Shown: positions 1 to 9,365 of the stretch, piece after piece
Layout: every line of letters starts with the position of its first letter
Numbering within the stretch: position 1 is the first letter of the stretch
From: a virus
Lineage: Duplodnaviria > Caudoviricetes
DNA: 64,000 nt
IMG/VR virus record: IMGVR_UViG_3300014204_000181
Span: 4,804-68,803 of that record
Reading direction: 5' to 3' (one strand)
Made by a program: the position numbers and the translations under genes
Notes under the pieces: generated by a model
Told to the model about the DNA's origin: nothing
Database searches by the model: none
Seen by the model: only the letters and a program-made list of their open reading frames with translations

Positions 1-2
1 AA

Positions 3-797
3 TACTTCTATGAATGCGGCTTTAAGTGGATGATGAAGCTGGATATGAAAGCCGAATTTGAACAGAAACTTGCATCCTGCATGTCTGTTATCCATAAAGA
101 CGACGTTCTGGACCTTCCCGAGCAGACCTGGAACATTCGTGACGTTGCCCTCTCTCCGGAAGAAATAAAAGTATATCGGGAAATGGCAAAGAAACTCGTT
201 GCCGAGCTTTCCGATAAATTTGTCACCGCTGCCAATGCCGCCGTAAAAATTGGCAAACTTCGACAAATCACGTCCGGCTTCATCATTGATGATAATGATA
301 CCGTCCACAATTTCGGGAAATCCAAGAACAACGAGCTGGCCGAGCTCCTGGAGGAAATCGGGAACCACCAGGTTATTATCTGGTGTCAGTTTCACGAAGA
401 GGGCCGGCAAATCAAAAAAATGTTGAAGGATAAGGCAGAGATTATCAACGGGACAATCCCACAGGCTGAACGGGAATCGTCCATAAGCAGGTTCAAGCAG
501 AAATCATTGCAATATCTCATTGCGCATCCGAAATCCATGGGCCATGGGCACACCCTGACAACCTGCAGTTATGCCATCTATTATTCCATGGATTATTCAT
601 ATGAATCCTGGAAACAGTCGGCAGACAGAATCCACAGATACGGGCAGAAAAACAGCTGCACGTATTACTCCCTGATAGCGCCAGGCACAATAGATCAGAT
701 CATCTACCGAGCTTTACAGACAAAGGGCGATGTTCAGAATGCTGTGCTTAATTACATAAAAAATTACAAGATGAAAGGAGCAGAGAACAATGAGTAA
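3..797 (+). CDS. SNF2/SF2 helicase, C-terminal part (5' end outside window)
   Basis: Frame is open from base 3 (YFYECGFKW precedes the track Met at 30). Helicase C-terminal motifs: HPKSMGHGHTLT, QSADRIHRYGQ. Confidence 0.9.
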   Translation, partial: YFYECGFKWMMKLDMKAEFEQKLASCMSVIHKDDVLDLPEQTWNIRDVALSPEEIKVYREMAKKLVAELSDKFVTAANAAVKIGKLRQITSGFIIDDNDTVHNFGKSKNNELAELLEEIGNHQVIIWCQFHEEGRQIKKMLKDKAEIINGTIPQAERESSISRFKQKSLQYLIAHPKSMGHGHTLTTCSYAIYYSMDYSYESWKQSADRIHRYGQKNSCTYYSLIAPGTIDQIIYRALQTKGDVQNAVLNYIKNYKMKGAENNE

Positions 798-1806
798 TCT
801 AGTGGTTCAAGAGGGAAAAGTGTTTGATGTTATCGGCGTCCAGGATCAGGTCATATCCAAACTGGCCAAGGAATACCTGCCGCTGAAAATCAAGGGGATT
901 GACGACAAGGCCGGTTACGAGAAGGTCCATGATGCCAGAATGAAGATCGTTTCCCTGCGCGTCAAGGTCACAAAGCACGGCAAGGAAATGAGGGAGGAAG
1001 CTGTTGCCTACTCGAAGGCCATCATTGCCGAAGAGAAACGGGTTATCTCGCTCATGGAACCTATTGAAAGCCATCTTCACCAGGAAGAGAAAGCCATTGA
1101 CGACGCCAAGGCAGAGATAAAGATGGCCAGGGCCCGCGCGGAGGAAGCACGCATCCAGAAACGGGTCGATTCCCTGTTTGAGCTGGGTATGAAATTCGAC
1201 GGTGTTAATTACGTTATCCTGGAGCTGGCCATCCCGCACAAATCCATGGCCACCTGGACCGACGACCAGTTTACCCTGGCCTACAATAAAGTTAAGGCTG
1301 CGGCGGAAGCCGAAAACAAGCGCCTGGCAGAAGTAGCAGAGGCCGAAAAGAAGGCCGCCACCGAACGCGAAGCCGCTGAAAAGGCCGAAAAGGAACGCCT
1401 GGCCAAAGTCAAGATCGAGCAGGAGAAGGAGGCCAAGCGCCTCGAAGCCGAAAGGCAGACCCTGGAAGACAGGCGTAAGGCAATCGAAAAGAAGGAAAAC
1501 GCCGCGGCCCTGGAGAAAGCCAAGGCAGAGGCCGCCAAGAAAGCCGCCGCGGAAACCAAGGCCCGCATGGAGCGGGAAGCGAAGGAGCAGAAGGAACGCG
1601 AGGAATGGGAAGCGAAGGAAAAGGCAGAGGCCGAACGCATCAAGGCAGAACAGGCGCCGGACAAGGAAAAGCTCATGGACATGGCAAATAAGATCGCAAG
1701 TATTACCCTGCCAAAGCTCAAAACCAAAAAATACCAGGCGATTCTTTCCACCGCTGTTTCGCAACTCAAGGAAACTGTTAATTTTATCCGAAAGGAGTCA
1801 AAGTAA
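790..1806 (+). CDS. Phage coiled-coil protein, E/K/A-rich
   Basis: 338 aa, AAGGAG RBS, overlaps the helicase stop, long E/K/A helical tract. Confidence 0.75.
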   Translation: MSNLVVQEGKVFDVIGVQDQVISKLAKEYLPLKIKGIDDKAGYEKVHDARMKIVSLRVKVTKHGKEMREEAVAYSKAIIAEEKRVISLMEPIESHLHQEEKAIDDAKAEIKMARARAEEARIQKRVDSLFELGMKFDGVNYVILELAIPHKSMATWTDDQFTLAYNKVKAAAEAENKRLAEVAEAEKKAATEREAAEKAEKERLAKVKIEQEKEAKRLEAERQTLEDRRKAIEKKENAAALEKAKAEAAKKAAAETKARMEREAKEQKEREEWEAKEKAEAERIKAEQAPDKEKLMDMANKIASITLPKLKTKKYQAILSTAVSQLKETVNFIRKESK

Positions 1807-2231
1807 TGGAAGTTATCGACTTCGGAATGCCCACACCGGACCTTGTTGAAAAGCTAAAGGAGCTCCGGAAATACAAGCTGGAAATCCAGAACATGGACGA
1901 AAAGTCCCAGTCCCTTAAAGAGAAGGTAGCCACCCTGGAAGCAGAAGTGGTTATCATGATGGACAATGCTGGCGTATCCAAGATGAAGGTCGACGGCTCC
2001 ACCATGTATCGGAAAACGGATAAATACGCGTCCATCCCGACAGATACCAGGGAAGCAGCCTTTGAATGGCTTAAACAGCATGACCTGGGGGCCCTGGTGA
2101 AGTCCCAGGTAAACAATCGGGACCTGATGGCGGCCCTCAAGGAAATTGATCCTGATGAACTTCCGGATCAGAGCGTTGAGCATCCCATTATCAAGATCAG
2201 CAAGGTGGAAAGAATCGGGCTCCGGAAATGA
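1806..2231 (+). CDS. Phage hypothetical protein (replication module)
   Basis: 141 aa, translationally coupled at both ends. Confidence 0.75.
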   Translation: MEVIDFGMPTPDLVEKLKELRKYKLEIQNMDEKSQSLKEKVATLEAEVVIMMDNAGVSKMKVDGSTMYRKTDKYASIPTDTREAAFEWLKQHDLGALVKSQVNNRDLMAALKEIDPDELPDQSVEHPIIKISKVERIGLRK

Positions 2232-2587
2232 CCATGCCAGAAGAATATATTGACGACATATTCAATCCGGTGTTCAAGGAAGTCAGCCGTAAGCTGAAAC
2301 ACCAATTCCGGAGGACGCCTGAAATTATCGAAACCGAACAGAAGATAGAGGAATTGCAGCAGAAAATATTACAGACAGAATTGTTTGAGGACCCTAATCC
2401 GGCGCTTATCGAAGAGTTTAAGGTGGTAACGCGCACCTGGGGGATTCTGGCAATAAAAAACGACATGGAAGGGGGTGAAAAGAAGGAAATCAAGGATAAA
2501 AAGACGCAATGCGCAGAGGAATTAGACTTTAATAACAAGGTGCAAAAACCCAAATCAAAACTGTTTTCACAGTTAAAGGAGCAATGA
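2228..2587 (+). CDS. Hypothetical protein
   Basis: 119 aa, ATGA overlap with the upstream gene, fills the operon gap. Confidence 0.6.
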   Translation: MTMPEEYIDDIFNPVFKEVSRKLKHQFRRTPEIIETEQKIEELQQKILQTELFEDPNPALIEEFKVVTRTWGILAIKNDMEGGEKKEIKDKKTQCAEELDFNNKVQKPKSKLFSQLKEQ

Positions 2588-2590
2588 ACT

Positions 2591-3310
2591 ATGCCACCCA
2601 AAAAACAAGAGCCAAGTAACGTAGCGACCAGAGAAGGGAATTTCAATATTGACACTATCAAACTGCCGGCAGACGTTTCAGCGTTGTTCGATCTTCGATC
2701 CAATATGGAGGGAATCGTTCCGCGTTTGCCCCAAATCGGCATCATCCACCAGGGCCAGCTGTTCAAAATGTCCGACGATACCAAGGTGGAGGGGTTTACA
2801 GGCATTATCCTGCAGAAGCAATTCTGTAATGCCTGGTGGGAAGACTCTTTTGATGAATCAGGCGGGGGAACGCCTCCGGATTGTTCATCGCTGGATTCCA
2901 TTACTCCCGATTTCAACTCTCCCATGGTCCAGGCTGAAAAGTGCAAGACGTGCGAGAAGAACAAATTCGGAACCGATGGCAGGGGGAAACTCTGCAAGAA
3001 TATGGTCAGGGTGCACATTATCCTGGACGGGCAGAACACGCCCAACAGACTCACCTTGCCGCCCAGTAATCTTCGTGAGCTCAACGATTACCTGGCGACA
3101 CTTACCCTGAAAATGGTTCCCTATCAGCTCGTTTACACAAAGTTTACCCTGGAGAAAGCCACCAATAAGGACGGGATCGAATATTCCAGGATCGTCTTTA
3201 CTCCGGTAGGGTCTATCAGCGATCCGGAGCTGGCAAACCTTGTCAAAACGATGCTCGTTCAGTGGATGCCGGCAATGACTGGCCAATCCTTCGGCAGCGA
3301 CGAAGCGTAA
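2591..3310 (+). CDS. Putative ssDNA-binding/annealing protein
   Basis: 239 aa with PDCSSLD, CKTCEKNKFG and GKLCKN motifs seen in phage replication-module proteins; acidic C-terminus; position between helicases. Function is inferred. Confidence 0.55.
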   Translation: MPPKKQEPSNVATREGNFNIDTIKLPADVSALFDLRSNMEGIVPRLPQIGIIHQGQLFKMSDDTKVEGFTGIILQKQFCNAWWEDSFDESGGGTPPDCSSLDSITPDFNSPMVQAEKCKTCEKNKFGTDGRGKLCKNMVRVHIILDGQNTPNRLTLPPSNLRELNDYLATLTLKMVPYQLVYTKFTLEKATNKDGIEYSRIVFTPVGSISDPELANLVKTMLVQWMPAMTGQSFGSDEA

Positions 3311-3330
3311 CAGTTTCGTATCGTTGAATG

Positions 3331-3358
3331 GTGGAGGGGTTAACGCCCCTCCACTTCT
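3331..3358 (+). terminator. GC-rich hairpin (terminator or attenuator)
   Basis: GTGGAGGGG-TTAACG-CCCCTCCAC (9-bp stem) followed by a short TTCT tail. Confidence 0.5.
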
Positions 3359-3369
3359 GGAGGTTACGG

Positions 3370-3409
3370 TCGACATTGAATGTCGAATATTCGACGTTGA
3401 ATGTCGAAT
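3370..3409. promoter_or_regulatory. Overlapping palindrome/direct-repeat array (operator-like)
   Basis: TTGAATGTCGAAT at 3376 and 3397; palindromes TCGACAT-TGA-ATGTCGA (3370-3386) and TCGAATATTCGA (3383-3394); directly upstream of the UvrD RBS. Confidence 0.4.
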
Positions 3410-3424
3410 CATTGTGAGGGAATC

Positions 3425-4945
3425 ATGCCGAAGGTATCCAAGATTATCGGGCCCCCTGGGTGCGGTAAGACCACTCAATTATTACAATATGTCGATGCAG
3501 CCGTGAAAAAGCACGGGTCGGATGCCGTTGGCGCCACTTCTTATACCAAGGCGTCGGTGGAAACTATTGTCAAGCGGGTCCAGGCGGCCGGATTCGCCGT
3601 GCCTACCAATGTCCGAACGCTACATTCCCACTGTTTCCGGTTACTGAGGCTCAAGGATGACCAGGTATGCGAGCCTGATAAAAAGCGTAATTTCAGGCTG
3701 TTCACTGAGGCCCATCCGGAATGGGAAATGGACAATCCCCTATCCACTGAGGATGATCGTTATTACAACAACCAGGGCGCTTCTCCCAACGCGGAAGTCT
3801 ATAACCGCATGCAAAATTACCGTCACATGTGCCTTCCCATAGATAAGTGGGACGACACGACGGTAAGCCTTTATAATGCCTGGATTCCCTTCCTCAAGGA
3901 AAACGATTTCTATGATTACTCCTTAATGCTCGAGGAATGCATTCACAGGGAGCTGGCGCCTTCTGATGTTGTTGTGCTCTTTGTGGATGAAGCCCAGGAC
4001 CTTACCTTACTTCAATACAAACTGGTTCAGATGTGGATGCGGGACATTGATTCCACTGTGTTTTTTGGTGATTCCTGCCAGTCCATATATCGCTGGGCGG
4101 GTGTCACGCCGGAAGTCTTCATGGATATCCAGCCGGTATGGAAAATCCTGGATCAGTCTTATCGCATTCCTCAAACCGTCCAGGAATACTCGATCAATAT
4201 TATTTCAGCGGTATTGCGGCGCGAGGATGCCCCTTACAAGCCGACGAGCATCAAGGGCAACGTCTATCACTGTTCCGAGCCGGATTTATCCCTGCCAGGC
4301 ACGCACATGCTCATTGCACGCACAAACCGCAATGTCGGCTACTGGGTACGCTATCTTATTGAAAACAACACAATATGGCATAATCCCCTGCGTCCCAAGG
4401 ACACGTTGTGGAACCCGACAGCGAGCAATGACTGGAAGGCCTACGGGATATTCAAGAAGTTACAAAAGCAGAAGATCAACGGGCTCGAGTTGCAGCACCT
4501 GGCGTCACAGATCACGGTACGCGATACGATGGAACGCGGCCTCAAGGCCAAGATTGCCCGCTGGAACGAGGATGAAACGACCCAGCTTTACTCATTCCTG
4601 GACCTGTTGCAGCTGGGATTCACGCCGGCATTCCTGGAGGGGAAGATACCGCCGAAATTATGGTTGAATAACAGCGCCCAGTATATTCAGAACATCGAAA
4701 ATCTTTACATTCCCACTGTTCCCAATGTTATCCTGGGTACCATCCATTCCGTTAAGGGTGGTGAAGCGGATCACGTATGGGTTGACAGCACCATATCGAA
4801 GTTTATGGCGAAGAATATCGACGCGGATTACAACATTCACGACGAGGAATGCCGGATAGCGTATGTAGCCGCAACCAGGGCCAGGCATACGCTGGGCATT
4901 CTGGACAGTCGCAATAAATACTATTCTAATCCTTTTCTATTTTAG
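3425..4945 (+). CDS. UvrD/Rep-family (SF1) helicase
   Basis: GPPGCGKTT Walker A, VDEAQD Walker B, GDSCQSIYRWAG, TIHSVKGGEAD, YVAATRA. Start taken as ATG 3425 after GAGGGA. Confidence 0.93.
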   Translation: MPKVSKIIGPPGCGKTTQLLQYVDAAVKKHGSDAVGATSYTKASVETIVKRVQAAGFAVPTNVRTLHSHCFRLLRLKDDQVCEPDKKRNFRLFTEAHPEWEMDNPLSTEDDRYYNNQGASPNAEVYNRMQNYRHMCLPIDKWDDTTVSLYNAWIPFLKENDFYDYSLMLEECIHRELAPSDVVVLFVDEAQDLTLLQYKLVQMWMRDIDSTVFFGDSCQSIYRWAGVTPEVFMDIQPVWKILDQSYRIPQTVQEYSINIISAVLRREDAPYKPTSIKGNVYHCSEPDLSLPGTHMLIARTNRNVGYWVRYLIENNTIWHNPLRPKDTLWNPTASNDWKAYGIFKKLQKQKINGLELQHLASQITVRDTMERGLKAKIARWNEDETTQLYSFLDLLQLGFTPAFLEGKIPPKLWLNNSAQYIQNIENLYIPTVPNVILGTIHSVKGGEADHVWVDSTISKFMAKNIDADYNIHDEECRIAYVAATRARHTLGILDSRNKYYSNPFLF

Positions 4946-4956
4946 TGGGGGGAATC

Positions 4957-5301
4957 ATGGGACCGGAATCAAAAATACAGCGGAAGATTATGGATTACCT
5001 CAAGACTTTGCGTCCTTACGGGTTTTTCTTTAAGGTGCCCCAGGGTAAGTTTGCCGCCCATGGTGTTTCGGATATCGTTGGCTGTTATCATGGCAAGTTT
5101 GTTTCTTTTGAGGTTAAGGACCCCAAGGCCGCGGGTGAAAAGCGGAACCCGACGCCGCTCCAGGAGTCTTTTATCCGGAGCATTACAGATGCGGAGGGGA
5201 ATGCCAGCTGTGCGCGTTCGCTCGAGGACGTCCAGGCGGTAATCCGTTCTATTGACCGGTTATTTTATGGTGACAGGCGTATCAGACGGGAAAAACCATG
5301 A
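4957..5301 (+). CDS. VRR-NUC domain nuclease
   Basis: ESKIQRKI...GVSDIVG...FEVK PD-(D/E)xK pattern, PTPLQ motif. Confidence 0.85.
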   Translation: MGPESKIQRKIMDYLKTLRPYGFFFKVPQGKFAAHGVSDIVGCYHGKFVSFEVKDPKAAGEKRNPTPLQESFIRSITDAEGNASCARSLEDVQAVIRSIDRLFYGDRRIRREKP

Positions 5302-6752
5302 CACTTCTTGAAGCTGCCCTGAAATACTGTGAGCTGGGAATGTCGGTTATTCCCATAAGTAACGATAAGAAGCCCTACATCAAGTGGAAGGCCTACCAGG
5401 CAAAGCGTCCGGAGCCCAAGGACATTCGATCCTGGTGGAAGAAGTGGCCGGAGGCCAAGGTCGGGATAGTGACGGGCAAGATATCGGGAATCGTATCCCT
5501 GGATTTCGACACGCCGGATGCCTTGAACGCTTATGAAGCGACTATCGACGACCTGTCCGGATGCCTTCGCTTCCAAACCGGCCGCGGTTACCAGTATATA
5601 TTCAAGTGGGAGTCCTACGGCGAGGGCAATAAGGCCGGAATCATGCCCAATGTGGATATCCGCGGTGACGGTGGTTACATCGTGGCGCCGCCGTCGATTC
5701 ACAGCAACGGGCGGGTGTATTCGTGGAATGGCAATATTAATCCCCTGGTGGACGGCCTGGACGAGTTGACGGATATGCCGCCCGATACCCTGTCTTTTTG
5801 CAAGGGTGCCCCAAAAACCCAGGATATTAAGGCTGAGGGGGATAAAAAGCCGCCAGCAGAGATAACGCCTATTACATTATCGTATGATGCGACGGGCAAG
5901 CCGGAGCTTTCCGGTCATCATATCAGGGTAAACCAGAGCATTATGGATGCCCTGTTGTGGGGAGCGAGCCAGGGCACGCGCAATGCCACCGGAGCCAAGA
6001 TCGTCGGGTGGCTGGTAGCCGATTATGCAAAGCAGGGCGCCAGCAAGGAGCAGATGCGCCAGCCGGTGATCGACGCCGCGCTGTCCTGGAATCAAAGGAA
6101 TCAGCCGCCTTTGCCCGACGCGGATATCCGGACAATTTGTAACAGTATCATCGAACGCCATGCCTTTGTGCCGCTGTCCAAGGCTATCGGCAGCGATATT
6201 TACATGATGGAGAAGGTCATACGCCGCGCCAGGCCGCCGATGTATATTATTTACGGGACGGGCGACAAGGTTATCAGCTGTTCCATGGAAGAGCTGGCAA
6301 GCCTGAACAAGTTTCGGATCAAGTATGCGGAAATGACGGACCTGGTAATACCGCCCATAAAAGCGGCTGACTGGTTCAAGTATATCCAGGAATGCCTCCA
6401 GGGTGCCATCCAGATTGTGGAAGAGATAGATCAGAGCCCGACGTTCGCAATCGGGATATGGGTTATGGAACGGGCCAGGATCAACGAAGGTAATAAAATG
6501 AAGCTGGCAACGGAAGCCGTTTTGCTTGACGGGGATATCCATATTACCATGACGGCACTGCATGGGTATATCAATGACCGGTTCATGAAAAACGCGACGG
6601 AATTTGATGCAAAAAGATGGCTGATGGCGTTAGGGTTTACATGGAACAAAAACTCAAGATTACGGTTAAATCCCGAAAAAAACAGCAAGATGGTGAGAAC
6701 CTGGAAAATCGCTTATTCTGCACTAGAAACAATACTTTATCCTGAAATCTAA
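5298..6752 (+). CDS. Bifunctional DNA primase/polymerase (Prim-Pol N-terminal domain plus PriCT-like region)
   Basis: KKPYIKWK, GIVTGKISGIVSLDFD, TGRGYQYIF, DIRGDGGYIVAPPSIH, GTRN, WNQRNQPPL. Confidence 0.9.
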   Translation: MTLLEAALKYCELGMSVIPISNDKKPYIKWKAYQAKRPEPKDIRSWWKKWPEAKVGIVTGKISGIVSLDFDTPDALNAYEATIDDLSGCLRFQTGRGYQYIFKWESYGEGNKAGIMPNVDIRGDGGYIVAPPSIHSNGRVYSWNGNINPLVDGLDELTDMPPDTLSFCKGAPKTQDIKAEGDKKPPAEITPITLSYDATGKPELSGHHIRVNQSIMDALLWGASQGTRNATGAKIVGWLVADYAKQGASKEQMRQPVIDAALSWNQRNQPPLPDADIRTICNSIIERHAFVPLSKAIGSDIYMMEKVIRRARPPMYIIYGTGDKVISCSMEELASLNKFRIKYAEMTDLVIPPIKAADWFKYIQECLQGAIQIVEEIDQSPTFAIGIWVMERARINEGNKMKLATEAVLLDGDIHITMTALHGYINDRFMKNATEFDAKRWLMALGFTWNKNSRLRLNPEKNSKMVRTWKIAYSALETILYPEI

Positions 6753-6787
6753 AAATCACGGTAGGCAAAAAACGTAATAATATCATG

Positions 6788-7126
6788 TGTGACACTAAAT
6801 TTGATTTTTGTGACACTAAAAGTTGAACGATTCCCATATGTTATAAATTGGTGTCACACAAGTGTCACACGTTATTCGTTAATTATATCATAAGGTTACA
6901 CGGCAAAATGCTGATGTGTGACAGTGTGACACCTAAAAAAAAATCGAAAAAAAAATTAGTGTCACAGTGTCACACCGAGGCCGGAAATCTCCTATATATA
7001 TAGGGAATTATTCAGAAAAAAGGGTGTGACACTTGACAGAGAATGTGTCACACGTATAAAAAATCGTTCATGATATTAATTATTTATAAGGATGGTTGTG
7101 TGACACTAAGGAAAATAGGTGTCACA
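6788..7126. repeat. Array of 11 TGTGACAC/GTGTCACA octamers in an AT-rich gap (putative replication origin)
   Basis: TGTGACAC at 6788, 6809, 6925, 7025, 7099; GTGTCACA at 6851, 6862, 6959, 6967, 7045, 7119; A-tracts; palindrome CCTATATATATAGG at 6991-7004. Confidence 0.8.
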
Positions 7127-7207
7127 CGAAAACTGCGGGTGCGCGCGAATCTTTTTTTAAAAATAACCCCCTATATATAAGGAAAATTGGAAATCAGCCT
7201 GGATTGA

Positions 7208-7249
7208 GAAAAAGAGAAAAAGGGGCCGGCCAGATAATCCTGGCCAGCC
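7208..7249 (-). terminator. Intrinsic terminator of the leftward early operon
   Basis: Minus strand reads GGCTGGCCAG-GATTAT-CTGGCCGGCC then CCTTTTTCTCTTTTT; 10 nt after the stop at 7259. Confidence 0.75.
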
Positions 7250-7258
7250 TGGTTTGAT

Positions 7259-7627
7259 TCAGGTGGTGCCTGGTTCATTATCGGCGGTGCCTAGTTTGTT
7301 ATCGCTCCCTGGGAGCTTCCGGCCCGCCCGCTTCAACTTCTTCATCCGGAGCCGGTAGGCCCGCTGTTTCCGGTTCCGTTCATCCAGCTTCTTACGGAGA
7401 TACAGCGCATCCAACTCCGCTTGCACTGCTTCCAATTCCTGGCGGGCCTTCTCACTGTCCCTGGAGAGCTGTTCATCCAGCTCCGTTTTCCATGTCCACT
7501 TCAACCCCAGGAGAATGTATTCATGGACCAATTCTCCCAGGGTGAGGCCGCCACGTGCGGCTTCCGTCCGTAGTTTGACAAAATGTGTTTCCTCCAGGTT
7601 AATCCATACGCATTTCTTTATTTTCAT
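7259..7627 (-). CDS. Putative ribbon-helix-helix DNA-binding protein with basic coiled-coil tail
   Basis: N-terminal VWINLEETHFVKLRTEAARGGLTLGELVHEYI resembles an RHH pattern; AAGG RBS. Confidence 0.55.
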   Translation of the reverse strand: MKIKKCVWINLEETHFVKLRTEAARGGLTLGELVHEYILLGLKWTWKTELDEQLSRDSEKARQELEAVQAELDALYLRKKLDERNRKQRAYRLRMKKLKRAGRKLPGSDNKLGTADNEPGTT

Positions 7628-7823
7628 GGGCCTTCCTTTCCGCGAGTTTCTTATCCATCTTCGTTTTCAGTTGCGGTATCGCGTCGCCTTTAATCCACAA
7701 CATCCGGTAATGGATTTTTAAGTATCGTTCGGCCGCGTCCTTTGTCATTGCTTCCCCCACTATCCGGTCAATCAATCCCGTTTTGCATCTGAATACACAA
7801 GGATAATACAATATGTCCTCCAT
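7599..7823 (-). CDS. Hypothetical protein
   Basis: ATG 7823 after AAAGGA; part of a tightly packed leftward cluster. Confidence 0.6.
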   Translation of the reverse strand: MEDILYYPCVFRCKTGLIDRIVGEAMTKDAAERYLKIHYRMLWIKGDAIPQLKTKMDKKLAERKAHENKEMRMD

Positions 7824-7874
7824 GATGGTTCCTTTCCGGAGCGGCAAGGATCGCCCCCCGCCGCCCCTGGTGGT

Positions 7875-8078
7875 TTAATCGGTATATTGGCTCATTACAA
7901 TATCCACGGCGTCAACATCCATGTAAAACTTAATCATTTTATCCGTGTCGTCCTGATCGCGTAAGCCGCCAAAAAAGCCAATTTCTTCGGCTGGAGTGAC
8001 GATTTCCACAGTGCCGTATTTTTTCATTAACTCGATTTCCGCATTATTTGCTGTGCCTACTATCCAGGCCATATTCAT
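7875..8078 (-). CDS. Hypothetical protein
   Basis: AAAGGAGG RBS; 67 aa. Confidence 0.7.
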   Translation of the reverse strand: MNMAWIVGTANNAEIELMKKYGTVEIVTPAEEIGFFGGLRDQDDTDKMIKFYMDVDAVDIVMSQYTD

Positions 8079-8143
8079 TTACCTCCTTTGATGATCCAGT
8101 AGAGAAGGAAAAAACTGATAGCAAAACAGGCGATTACTTCCAT
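8075..8143 (-). CDS. 22-aa hydrophobic micro-protein (MEVIACFAISFFLLYWIIKGGK)
   Basis: Below the track cutoff. ATG abuts the TAA of the upstream gene and the TGA overlaps the ATG of the next gene; GGAGG upstream. Confidence 0.55.
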   Translation of the reverse strand: MEVIACFAISFFLLYWIIKGGK

Positions 8144-8365
8144 TTATCTTTTCCTCCCTTCCACATGGATACAGATTTCGAAAAAGCGTTTAAGGGACCG
8201 GTAAAGCCCCAGTGGTGTTTTGTCGCCGTCGTCCGTTTCAAACCTGCCATTGGCTTTTACTTTCAGGCAGGGCTTTAGAATGCGATATAGGTCTAAGGTG
8301 TCGTTTATTTCTTGTTCCGTAGCGCCCCAACGTCGCATTTTATCGACGTCCAGTTCCGGTTTCAA
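8144..8365 (-). CDS. Hypothetical protein
   Basis: TTG start after AAGGAGGGG; 73 aa. Confidence 0.6.
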   Translation of the reverse strand: MKPELDVDKMRRWGATEQEINDTLDLYRILKPCLKVKANGRFETDDGDKTPLGLYRSLKRFFEICIHVEGRKR

Positions 8366-8367
8366 GG

Positions 8368-8595
8368 TTATCCCCTCCCTTCTGCCAGTTTTTTCCGCGA
8401 CGACGTTTGGCGGCCAATGGATGTTCCCTTTCTTTCGAATTTCAACAAAATTGCAGGTGCCTTTTTGCGGGCACGTTCGTCCAGCGCAGCATGACTGTGG
8501 CGAGGCACTTTATCAACATTGAGATGACCAAGTAGCCTATCGATTTTCTGAAGGGCATCATCAAGTTTCTTTTCAACCCGTTCAAGGTCTGTCAT
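8368..8595 (-). CDS. Hypothetical protein
   Basis: 75 aa, GGTGA RBS, contiguous with neighbours. Confidence 0.6.
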   Translation of the reverse strand: MTDLERVEKKLDDALQKIDRLLGHLNVDKVPRHSHAALDERARKKAPAILLKFERKGTSIGRQTSSRKKLAEGRG

Positions 8596-8603
8596 GACTT
8601 CAC

Positions 8604-8777
8604 CTATTCTTCCAGCATATGAACTAAATCGAATCCGATCTCGCCTGCCCTTTTATAGACTTCATTAAACTTGGACTCGTCTTTCATCCTGTGGGCAATG
8701 GCCATCTGCTGAATTAAGTTTGTCAGTGCATCTGCTTTCTCTAAAGCTGTTTTCGGATTTTCCATTTCAATGCTCAT
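8604..8777 (-). CDS. Hypothetical protein
   Basis: ATG 8777 after GAGGT. Confidence 0.6.
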   Translation of the reverse strand: MSIEMENPKTALEKADALTNLIQQMAIAHRMKDESKFNEVYKRAGEIGFDLVHMLEE

Positions 8778-8781
8778 TACC

Positions 8782-8997
8782 TCACCACAATCCACTAATT
8801 AGCGTGCCTATAAAACAACCGCCATTGCGACCTTTCTTTATCTGCCATCCGCATGAACATTTATCTATTGCGCTTCCGTTGCCCCCTCTTTCGCATTCCG
8901 AGCAATCAACAAATAACTTCCCTGATCTGTCGCGTTTACTATACTTCGCTTTCCCACCTGCTCTTTTCTTTTCATTCTCGATCACTTTCACCTCCAC
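8782..8997 (-). CDS. Small Cys-containing hypothetical protein
   Basis: CSEC...CSCG...C; exact start uncertain. Confidence 0.55.
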   Translation of the reverse strand: MEVKVIENEKKRAGGKAKYSKRDRSGKLFVDCSECERGGNGSAIDKCSCGWQIKKGRNGGCFIGTLISGLW

Positions 8998-9158
8998 TCA
9001 AATAATGGGCGGGAGTAAACCCTTCACCATAAGCGGAAACTCCCGCCCCCCTCTATTAATTATGGGGAGCATCGCCGGGGCACACCTCAATACTTCAATC
9101 CGTTTTCCTCCCGGCCCTGACGGACATTGGCATGGCCTATGCTTTATCCCCCTTGGCA

Positions 9159-9308
9159 TCATTCATGTCCCCTTAAAGCCATCAATCTTTTCTGCTCTTC
9201 TTCGGCTTCGGATTCCGCATCATTCGCGCACCAGAATAGGAAACCAACAGCAATAACGACTATAAAAATCACGATGGCGGCTATTGTAAATAATATGATT
9301 TTCAGCAT
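9159..9308 (-). CDS. 49-aa single-pass membrane protein
   Basis: MLKIILFTIAAIVIFIVVIAVGFLFWC then a charged tail; GGAG RBS; not in the track. Confidence 0.6.
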   Translation of the reverse strand: MLKIILFTIAAIVIFIVVIAVGFLFWCANDAESEAEEEQKRLMALRGHE

Positions 9309-9365
9309 TTCAGTAGCTCCATTAACGGGAACATGATGCTGCTCTCATCATGAATAGGTCTGCTT

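Noticed and set aside
799-1764. 321-aa minus-strand ORF (and 1281-1769)
   Set aside because: Antisense shadow of the E/K/A-rich plus-strand gene; no RBS; F/L/G-biased composition typical of shadows.
6788-7126. CRISPR array
   Set aside because: Repeats are only 8 bp, in both orientations and irregularly spaced; no cas genes.
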